Origin: Amoebophrya sp. A120
Lineage: Eukaryota; Protista; Dinoflagellata
Direction: 5' to 3'
Assembly (NCBI GenBank): GCA_905178155.1
Contig: CAJINV010000002.1
Coordinates: 11,283,184-11,347,183, forward strand
DNA length: 64,000 nucleotides
Of the stretch, positions 54,671 through 64,000 are shown one piece after another. The first letter of the stretch is position 1, and every line of letters begins with the position of its first letter. The translations under genes were made by a program, and so were the position numbers. Below the pieces are notes generated by a model that saw nothing but the letters and a program-made list of their open reading frames with translations, did no database searches and was not told the DNA's origin.

Positions 54671-55966
54671 TTAGCTTTTTTCTGTTGCAGCTGCATCATC
54701 TGCTGCGTGGTTTGCTGCTAGAGTTCTTCCTGCGTAGGTCCCATACCGAATGCCCATGCGCAGACAAATTCGTTGTCGCTCACTTTCTTCCAGCGTTCCA
54801 AGCAGGTAGCAAAACATGTATACCTGTTTTGCTTGATGATGTCGCTGCAACCGAATAAAGCGAAATGCAGCTGCTAAGGACCTAGCATCAAAATATTCTG
54901 ACCTTCTGGCTTTGACCACAAAAATGAGGGGTTCCTAATTTGTCTGCTTTCGACGAACGTTACAATGAAAAATGTACTTCATTGAGCGCTTTTGTCTGCT
55001 TCTTTTTCAGGACAAAAAGTTCCTACTTCTATCAAACGACTTCAACAAATGAAAAAACGACGGTGGTCATCAACACCAGGACATCGACAAAAAAAATGGG
55101 CAGCGCTTCATGAAATCACAAATAAGAAAGCAAAAAATGCGTATGTTGATGAAATAGGAAACAATACCAAGGGATGGTAGTCCTCGGGGCGGGCATGGAG
55201 AACGGGATTGGTCATCCACGCGGTCCTTTCTTCCAGCATGTGCCTCTTCACATAATCTGCGTTCAACAACTGGCCGTCTGTGAATTCTTCGGGCAATTCT
55301 GCGTACGTGGCCTGTTTCAGCGTCACGGGCTTCCGACTAGCGATGAGTCCGGGTGTCAGGGGTAGCTGCTGGTGTTCGTCGTCCTGTGGTGCTGCGTCCT
55401 CTTCTTGGCCAGCCACGACGGCTGTGTCGCCGTCCGCTGCTGCCACGCGAGGATGTTCATCTGCTCGTCCCTCCGCTTCAACATCGCTTGCAGCTCCGGG
55501 CTGCTGCAACTCCGCGACAGAAGGTTCGCCCGCACCTTCTTCGTTCTCCACGGCACCAGCGGGGACTGCATCCGAGTCCTCCCCCTCGGGTGGCAGGTCC
55601 GCGACCGGCGCGCCCACGTTTTTGTATGGCGTTCTCAACTGTTACATCCTCAACTGTTACATGGATTTCTGATGCAAGAATGGCAAACGTGAAAGGGGGA
55701 AGGTTGCGCCTGTAGCATTACAAATTCTGAACAAATTTAGGTGCTGCTTGGCCCTTCGCAAATTTGTCATGCGAAGCACCTTGATCGTGTGGATGGTCTT
55801 GGTATTTTTGCATCACAAATTCATGTAACAGCTGAGAATGTAACAGTTGAGAACGCCATATTTTGACAGGAGAGGATATGCTGTCCCCGGCGACCGCGGC
55901 ATGATCATCCGCTGGGGTAGTGGGTGAGGCAAGAGTGGTCTGGGGCCCGTCTGGTGCATCCGCCAT
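54671..55966 (-). CDS. Hypothetical protein, 258 aa; exons 55966-55862, 55620-55168, 54889-54671
   Basis: Spliced length 777 nt; in-frame joins SPVK|NVGA and YHPL|DARS. Confidence 0.75.
54894..55166. mobile_element. Degenerate introner
   Basis: tattctgacc / tattgtttcc ends; flanks caaaa/ccaag; in-frame join. Confidence 0.65.
55625..55860. mobile_element. Family-B introner, TSD ttttg
   Basis: ~55-bp TIR beginning tatggcgttctcaactgttacat; exact TSD at 55620-24 and 55861-65. Confidence 0.95.
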
Positions 55967-56967
55967 GGCAACTCAAACCGTTCTTGTTGTAGTACCTGCC
56001 GGTCGTTGTACCTCTAGGATCCCTGTGTGTTCTTACACCGGCGTAGCAGGTGAGTACAGCTGACGCGTAATTTGTTTTTTTCAAACACCTTTTCGTTTTC
56101 GCGGATGCAGACACACAGCACCAAAAGTGGTCACTTATTCGTCACAAATATTAGGTACTGCCAATCTATTGGCCGGCAACCGATGTCGCAAGAAAGATGA
56201 TTTTCACCGTGGGTGTGCCTTGTATCTCCTGTCCTCCGGAAGGACAACCAGCATCGCGGGACGACGCTGAGTGCAGCAGTTATCCTTGCCTACTAACGTC
56301 TATTTGTATTTTCTCTGCGCAAAAGACATCGCATTGATTTCACATTTGCTTCAAGAAGAGCCGGTTGGTAAATTTGAAACTGCTCACAGCGAGCACTGTC
56401 AATCCTTCTTTACTCTTTGATGCTCAAAATTTTGTGCTTACTCTTCTAGAATCTCTCGAGCTGCGGTGCGCTAGCGCATTTTTATAGGACATAGAAAAAT
56501 TTATCGCTCTGTTCTTCGACAACGAAGACGAAATGAACGTCGGCAATGATGAATCGTCTCGAGCAACTGTGGTCATTTCCAGAGGAATTCACAACGCCAC
56601 GAGTCGCAGGGCATCATCAAGCTTCATGTGCTACAAAATTGGAATGTATGCGAAGCATGAAAATTACTTGCCGCGGAACCCCGGGCCAAATCCATTCATT
56701 TTTGCGTACTAGTGGGCTACTTATTGCCACATGCTGGTGCATGCAAATAGAAACACTTGCGCGGAGGGCCCAAATATTACCCCACGCACGCGCTTGCAGA
56801 AAAACGAAAACCATCACTGAAAAGGGCTATGACGAGCTTCCTCATCGTGATCTACCACCATGACGACAGCTGCACGAATGCACCAAAAAAAACTACTGTA
56901 AATCGAAGAGACAGCATCTAGGTTCCACGAGATTTTGATCGTCACTCGCTCGTCCCGTAAAAAGGGT

Positions 56968-59435
56968 TCAGTAGGGCCTAATGTCCCGGAACTTATAGCG
57001 GCGGCCGCAAGCCGAGGCCTTCTTTCCCCGCATTTTCACGTCCTCGCAAGGCGGCCCTCCACCCATCATGTTGTGGCCGCGACGGAAGCCACCAGGCTCA
57101 CGATGGTCTGGAAACTTGAACTCCACATGACGGGCGGCTGTCAAGCGGTCCCGGAACCGGCGCTCCAGCTCCGGTGTCGACTTCCACTTTCCTGAGCAAA
57201 AACGTCCCCACCCCAAAGCCCAGATCATGGTGATCTTGCTACACAAAGCAACGAGCTTTGAGGCTATTGCGCATGATATGAACAGACCACGCAGCTGCGC
57301 AGATAAGTCCACACTTTTGGACGATTCTTTCTTCCCCAAGGCTTCACCATTGTGGGCCGACGTGCGGACCTAACACTCCCAACAATCCCCCTCTCAAATG
57401 CCAACCAGAGATGAATTTTTGGCGCGCAGTCAAATCCTGTTAGTTCAGCTAGTGCAGCTGCATAACGAATGATCGGCCATCTAATCCTGATTCTACTTTA
57501 TTTAGCGTGACAAACTGCTGCTCGCATATCCTAGTCTTAGAATGCTCCGCATGCGGCTGCGTCGGAGTCGGTGCCCGTGGGGGAGAAACATATAACATTT
57601 GAAGATGAGCATGAGGCTCGCAGATATGCATGACAAGTCTGGGGTCGGACGGTGGGGACGGTTTTGAAAAGGATATCCACCAGAGGTTCTTGACCACTTC
57701 CGTCTGAGAGTTTTTGCGAAATTCTTGCATGTAGACTGAACGATCTGATAGTGATACTGCTGGTTCGCTACAACTGCGTGGTCACGCAATCTAAGTACTT
57801 CATGCTTGTATGAAAATATTCGCATGGTCCACGACTACTGAGCCGCATTCGGAAGTTCTGTTGAGCCAAGTTCTCACATGATGCTCACACACACACACTT
57901 CACCTTCACGCTTAACTTCGTGTCGATAGTGCAGTAGCTTCATCAACATAGTTTTTAGTTGCGCCAGCTAGCGGCTTTTCTTGCTGTGGCCATGAGCGAC
58001 AGACCAAAGAGAAAGAGAAACATTCAGTCTGATATATCAACCAAGCGAAAGATTCAAATCGAGAAACGGAAACCCGTGTATTGGAAAACAAAGTAAGAGG
58101 CGCCATGTAGTAAACCTCTAGGATGTCCTGCTTTACCATGCACTTTTTTGGAGCTAGAGCAGCGGCTTCAGCACAAACTCTATATACAAAGAAACGAATG
58201 AGTACGTCTTCCGCCCCGGGCAAAAATTCTTGTCTGGCAGGCTCCATGTCGGCTTCGCTTTCCGGGAGGTAATAGGGTGAGTACGGCTTGTGTTCTATCG
58301 TCGGGAAAAATCCCTCCTCCCCATATCGAAAAGGTATCTTTCCGAAAATTTGTGTTGCTGATTTGAGGGCACAAATCACGTTTGTCTTGCAAGAAGACAA
58401 GGGCAGAAGCTTCCGCCCCATTATGGAAGCGATTTGTCATGCTGCTGGGCCTAAAGGTCAGCCGTTTGCAATGCTGAACAACTAGACCCATACGCCCCTA
58501 CCTAGCCTGGGGATCTGGCCGCAGTGCCTTCCTGCAATACAAATCTGACTTGTGTACGCAGATCCAGCATCACAGATTTCCTTTTCGATATGGGGTGGGG
58601 GCTTTTTTCACTTTGATATGTTCCCGGGCGCGACGTTTTTCTCCGGCAGCGCGAAATGCCAGGTACTTGTACCGTGCGAACGCCGGGTCTTTCTGCTCTT
58701 TCTTGCGGATCAACTTGTGCCACGGCAGACCCCAGGCCTTCACGTCTGGATTTTCCTGGTAGTAGTACATCAAATTCTTCATCTTTTCGGCGACGCAAGA
58801 CCGAATCTCCTCAGGCGAGCTGCGCATGATGTAGTTGTCGAAACCGCCCATATCGTCCATGGCAACAATATGAAAGTTCAGCTAGGTGGATCTTTTGGCA
58901 GAAGAGGACGACTATTTTTTTTTTGATATTGCGTTTGCGGCATCGCGATTTTCCTTGTGACCTGGATCAGGATCGCGTCCATCGTCTCTGTCCATAAAAA
59001 ACAAGTGTCGTCTTGCAATTCGTGTCGCCAAACAAGAGCTTTTGCTTTACTACGACGCAATGCTCCAAAATGAAATGAGTATTCTTTTGAAGATGCCACC
59101 AACGGCTCCCTCTCGACGCTGGTACCATAGTAGAGCGCCGAGGGTGTCACGCGCATATTTGTCACCGTGCAGTTCAGGTTTTTCGACTGTAGGTCCTTCT
59201 TGTACTGGAAGGGCACGATCTTGGTTTTGTGTTTGTGCATGTTCAGCTTGCAGACCGCGAGGTACTGAAAGTCGTCGTTGTGCCACAGGTTCATCTGCGA
59301 AGCGAAACTTGGCGGCCGCTTCGCGTAAGCCTTGGCGGGAATCGGACGCGTGATCTGCCACCGTTTGTACCGGTACTGGTACCGCTTTGGAGCATCCCGC
59401 AAGTGCTCCCCGAACAAGTGCCGACATCGCGGCAT
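56968..59435 (-). CDS. MRPL28: Mitochondrial ribosomal protein bL28m, 292 aa; exons 59435-59131, 58864-58620, 58291-58206, 57703-57677, 57183-56968
   Basis: L28 core MRVTPSALYAMDDMGGFDNYIMRSSPEEIRS; spliced length 879 nt; three introners plus one GT-AG intron (57704-58205). Confidence 0.82.
57188..57675. mobile_element. Introner, TSD tccac
   Basis: TIR tttcctgagcaaaaacgtccccacc / tatccttttcaaaaccgtccccacc; exact TSD; joins NLWW|KSTPELE. Confidence 0.88.
58296..58618. mobile_element. Family-C introner, TSD tgttc
   Basis: TIR core ccccatatcgaaaagg; exact TSD; joins RAREH|KPYSPY. Confidence 0.93.
58869..59129. mobile_element. Degenerate introner
   Basis: tatg...cata ends; removing element plus 5 nt gives SALY|AMDDMGG. 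Confidence 0.75.
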
Positions 59436-60856
59436 GATGCCTTGTTTGCACTATCTTCGATGCGGCGATGCTACAAACTCAATACACGCGCACCTCGTAA
59501 CCGCGGTAGCGACAACAAGGTGACATTCCGGATCCGGATGAAGCAGAAATGCGACGACAAGAAAACGAGGACGAGAGCTGCCAACAGATGGCACCGTAAT
59601 ACCGTACTAATCCTCCACTACAATTTCCTAAAATCTTCGTCTTCCTCGAGTACTGGTTTGTCGTTATCCGTTAATAGCTGCAAAAATGCATTCTATATCG
59701 ACTTTGGGAAGAAACAAACCCGTGCCAAATCAGCTGCGCAAAAATCGTGGCGATTATGATTTTCTTTGTAGAAAAAGTGCTGAGTGTGACTGTCCCCAAT
59801 CTTGTAGACTGATAGATTTGATACAGATGCAGCTTCACCAATGCTTGTACAAGCACGATTGCCGTGCGAAGCGATATTATCTATTTACCCTCTACGGCCA
59901 TATACAGAGTCTTCAATCATGAGGAACCACTTCTGCGGTAAATGCAACATTGACAGGGGAAGATAGAACCTGGCACCGTTTAATTGTTGGGCTCTGCCAC
60001 TGTCCACGACTACAGTCATCGACTGCTTTATCATACTTCTGCTTGAATACTGCTCTAAAAAATTCATTCTCGGGGAGTATCTGGGGAGTAGCAAGTCGGG
60101 CCAAGCAAAGCCACCCATGCATGAGGAGACTGAACACGACGAAGGTGAAACACTTCGACGAGGACGATCCACAAAAGTGAAAGATGTAGAGTTAGAGAGC
60201 GTCCATGTCGTTCTGATGTAAAAAATTCCTTATTACGCATCGGCGTCCTGATGTCGGCGGTAAAATTCGACAGTAGGCTGTATTCTCGTGGTCATCTTCA
60301 TATTATAGGTACCTTTACTATAGTACTAACTTCCCTGCGCTTCTTCAATCGCGGAAATAACGAGCCCTGGCGGCCGAATTTCCTATTTTACATCCCTCGT
60401 AGACTACTTCTCCCTGCAAATACAATTGTTCTAGTTTGAAAAAGTCCATAGCAGTGGCAACAAAATCATCGTCTTTAACGAACGCACCATCATTTCAAAA
60501 ACATTTTACAGTTGAGCACAATAACAATTGTTGCAGCATAAAAAAGCTGCAGCTGTTGGTCGCAGCTGGGGGGACGACATTGATGTACCGTCTAGCTGCA
60601 CAGCGCCGGTGAACCTAGACTCGTATTGTTCTTGTATCACGTTAAAAACTGAAAGCGGAAACTACGCTATCCCCTTGTGATTCTTGTTGTCCTCGGCCTT
60701 CATATCTATTCCTAAAACATTTCACTTTAGTAATAGTGATAGTGTGTAGATGAAAAATAAAACTTAAACTTCCTCGATATGGTGACGTTGTTCCGCGTAT
60801 CATGTACTACTATCCTCCATGGTGCGTAGCTAGTACTAGCGGCTCCCGGTGCACCT

Positions 60857-63330
60857 TCAGTCGTCCACGGGCAGAAGCGTTTCCTTCTTCGCGCTGGTCC
60901 CCCGCGTCGTCTCGTCCTCCTCCCCCGCGTCTTCCGCCGGTAAATCTTCGACGTAAAAGATGGACTTGTGGTTGCTAGGTGATCATGGGAAAATAAACCA
61001 ACGTCCTCACTTGCGGGTTGCCCTGCATAGGTGACTACGACTACCTAGTGACTCTTACAACACAATCTCTCGCTGCGTAGAAGCGGACTGCATTTGCAGC
61101 ACAGGCTAAACCCGCTTCAATATATAATGACACAGCTCGGAGCCAAGCGCTACTGGTGCGGCATGCTCGTGTGAAACGATGTATATACAAGTAAATTCTG
61201 TTCTGTTTCATCTTGCTATGTTGACAATGACTATGTTTCTCATTTGCACATATCAAGGAAATTAATGAAAGAAAATAATCGCTCCTATGAGGAGTGCTGG
61301 TTTTTCCACGTGATAGCGGCGGTGGCATCACCGGAAACTTGTCGTAGGCTTCGGGGATCACGAACTCTGGGAGCGTGTAAGAATCCAACCTGAATTTTAT
61401 AGAAATTACTCAGCTCTCGGTTTGTGAACAAAAAGCTCAACATCGTTAAAGTCCTCGGCCTAGCCACATAGCGGGGGCTTGAGATCTGCTGTAGAGTTGC
61501 TGTTGCTGCAACATATTGGATAACTTCTTCATCGTCTATCTAAGTCACTTTTTTTTGCTGGTCTTGTGATATTCAAAATCATCGTCGTCATCATCTATCC
61601 TGCACCGTACAGTGTGCAAAAAACAAAAAGCTTCGGAAGATGAAGTACCAGGGCTCCAGGCTTCGGTAGTGAAACTTGTGGACGGTCCAGAGCTTCGACG
61701 GAGAATATGAAACGAAAGACGCAAAGCAGCAACGGCTCAAGACTGCTAGCTGCGGGTACTAGAAGTTTACAGTTCGTGTACCAGTTGCCGGTCCTTGGTG
61801 TATGTACTTCTTGAATTAATAATGAGCGAGAAAGCTTCGCCGACTTAAATGATGGCCGACTAGCGCCGGGCCTAAAATTCACAAGAAACTTTTTTTTTTC
61901 CGCATCAAGAGCAGGCATACCCGAAGTCAAATGTACGTTGCTGAAGCTGACGGGCTCTTTGTCTTTTGCATAAAAAATCGTCGGTTCCTAACTCGTAGGT
62001 GTCGTGCAGGCTTACTCTCTGTTTCCAGCGTGAACCAATAGTCTGCTTGTCCGGGCCAAGATATACCTGAAGTAGTGAGGAAGTAGATGATCGTAACAGT
62101 ATGCATCATGAAGATGCAACACTCTGGGTAGTACTCCTGCAAAGAGATTGTACTGCAGTTTGCATCGTCCATACCAAATGATGTTGCTTCTTCCCTACGT
62201 GACACTACAACAAGCAGACTGCATTTTTTGAACGTCGCACAGCTACTTTTTTACCGTGGCTTGTGTAGGCTCGGCTGTAGGAAGAAAGCTATAGCTATAC
62301 CTCGATGTGTGTGATATTCCAGTGTTGCGCTTGGCTATGCAGAAACAAGTTGCTCAGTCACACACTGAGTTGCAGCAGGAAAACAAAAACAGAGAGCCTG
62401 TGTCAACATGCAAAAATACCCCGGAACCCTCGTTTCATGCGTGTTTTCCGTCCCCGCCAGCACGATCTTCTTCACATTGCAATTTTTCAGGCCGCATCTG
62501 GATCTGTAGTGTTGCTGGATCTGCACAAATACTTACGTGTGTCACTGCACCTAGCATTTTCTCGGATACTTCCGCCAGGCATCGTGGTAGGTTGCTTCGT
62601 AAAAAATGAGGTCCCCAGGTATCAAAAGGAAAAATCCCCCCTCCCCATATCGAAACGACGTTTCTGATGCTGGATTTCCATACACAAATCAGATTTGTCT
62701 TGCAGTAGAGGACTGCAGGCATATGCCAAGCCTCAGTCGAGAGGTTTTGACGTAGGCGCCTAGCATGACAAACGCGCACGCTCTTAGCCCAACAGCATCA
62801 CAAACCGCCTGCAAAATGCGGAACGCTTTCTGGACTTGCCTTCTTGCAAGACAGCCAGGATTTGAGGTCACAAATGCGCATCACAAATTTTCAGACGGAT
62901 ACGTTTTCGATATGGGGAGGGGGGATTTTTCCTTACGATACCAGGTTTCAAATCCTTCTCCGAAGTATGGCGTTCTCAAATGTTACATTCTCAACTGTTA
63001 CACAATTTGTCATGCAAAATCATAATCAGAATTGACACGATCAAGCTGCTTCGCATGACAAATTCTCGAAGAGCCAAACAGGCTGAGAATCTGGGCAGAA
63101 TCTGTCATGCAAGACGCGCAATGTCATCCCTTTCACTTTTACCATTCTTGCATGGCAAATTCATGTAACAGTTGAGAATGTAACGTTTGAGAACGCCATA
63201 CGACGTGATGCTGGCATCGGCCGGACACAGGGCAAACTGGTAAGTTTGGTTCCATATCCCCCACGAAAACATCGTAGCCGTAGCCGTACAAATCCTGTTC
63301 GCCCTTCGAGCAATGCTTCTACATGTTGCC
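60857..63330 (-). CDS. NlpC/P60-like domain protein, multi-exon, with two apparent 1-nt frameshifts; 5' end unresolved
   Basis: After removing two introners: WNQTYQFALCPADASITS|EKDLKPG|DLIFYEATY, then GAVTHV; LKPGDLIF followed by a His motif is typical of NlpC/P60. Last exons probably LDSYTLPEF...MPPP|SNHKSIFY...VDD*. Confidence 0.6.
60981..61315. mobile_element. Introner (one end gat)
   Basis: gatcatgggaaaataaacc / tatcacgtggaaaaacc; in-frame join. Confidence 0.65.
62620..62940. mobile_element. Family-C introner, orientation opposite to 58296; TSD ccagg
   Basis: TIR tatc(aa/gt)aaggaaaaatcccccctccccatatcgaaa; exact TSD at 62615-19 and 62941-45. Confidence 0.94.
62966..63200. mobile_element. 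Family-B introner, orientation opposite to 55625
   Basis: TIR tatggcgttctcaaa(t/c)gttacattctcaactgttaca; flanks cgaag/cgacg. Confidence 0.94.
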
Positions 63331-63868
63331 AAAAAATGTTCTGTACTTATAAAATGAAAATGTTTGCAGGTGCTTGGTTGCTGCATCCATGAATATTCAG
63401 CAGAAAACCAAATGCGGCTCGGTGGGCTCGTGTGCTGTGCGAACGTGAAAAGTGAAGGTATTCTTCACTCAGCATAACAAATCCACGTCTCCTTGTATGT
63501 TCTGCCACGATGTACTACGCGGCTCCTGTAACGGGAAACTCAAAGAAGACCTCGTCACGACAACGTCATTGCTATTCGTGAGAAGTCATGCACGATAAAC
63601 GATACTTTCGCAGCGGATATTCCACCGCCCAAGCTTCCATCCCCACTCGTTTTCCAAGTCCGCGCTTGCCTGTCGCAAAAGCCCGCAGCAATCGAGAAAG
63701 TCACCGCGCCTCTTATCAAAGAACAAAACTGCGTCAGGGTTGGTACTACCAGTCGTGGTTCACATCGAAAAAGTTCATACAAATCTGTGAGCAAAAAGGA
63801 TCGATACAAAAATCATAATCATAATTAGCACGAAGAAGTATCAAGTTAAGCTTTGGCCAGGGCGTAAA

Positions 63869-64000
63869 AAACCGAGAATTGGAAACCGAGAGCCGAGAAT
63901 TGGAAACCGGAAACCGGAAACCGAGAATTGGAAACCGAGAATTGCAAACCGAGAATTGCAAACCGAGAATTGCAAACCGGGAATTGCAAACCGGGAATTG
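63869..64000. repeat. 14-bp tandem repeat (aaaccgagaattgc/g) running off the window
   Basis: At least seven visible units, with variants aaaccgggaattgc and partial aaaccgg. Confidence 0.9.

Noticed and set aside
1-64000. Dinoflagellate spliced-leader relics, tRNA or rRNA genes
   Set aside because: No match to CCGTAGCCATTTTGGCTCAAG and no tRNA/rRNA-like sequence noticed by eye; a computational scan could still find them.

Overview
Eukaryotic, intron-rich DNA in which every gene I can support lies on the minus strand. Genes: a 4x PAN/Apple-domain protein and a neighbour sharing its Cys-rich C-terminal domain, a long low-complexity protein, a calmodulin/myosin-light-chain-like protein, tenascin-type EGF-repeat proteins, an EF-hand protein, a PDK/BCKDK-family kinase, mitoribosomal bL28m, an NlpC/P60-like protein and several unknowns. 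The dominant signal is about 30 transposon-like inserts with TAT...ATA ends, terminal inverted repeats (TIRs) and 5-bp target-site duplications (TSDs); most interrupt coding exons and must be spliced out as non-canonical introns (introners). Manual reconstruction suggests one fixed splice geometry: the intron starts 1 nt before TAT and ends 4 nt after ATA, whatever the boundary dinucleotides or element orientation. Two long (978 and 1165 bp) relatives that do not appear to split exons look like MITE-type progenitors. There is also a ~3.8 kb 112-bp satellite and a 14-bp tandem repeat at the window end. The architecture matches what is known for the syndinian dinoflagellate parasite Amoebophrya (inferred, not verified). 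All gene models were read by eye; boundaries marked approximate are unresolved.
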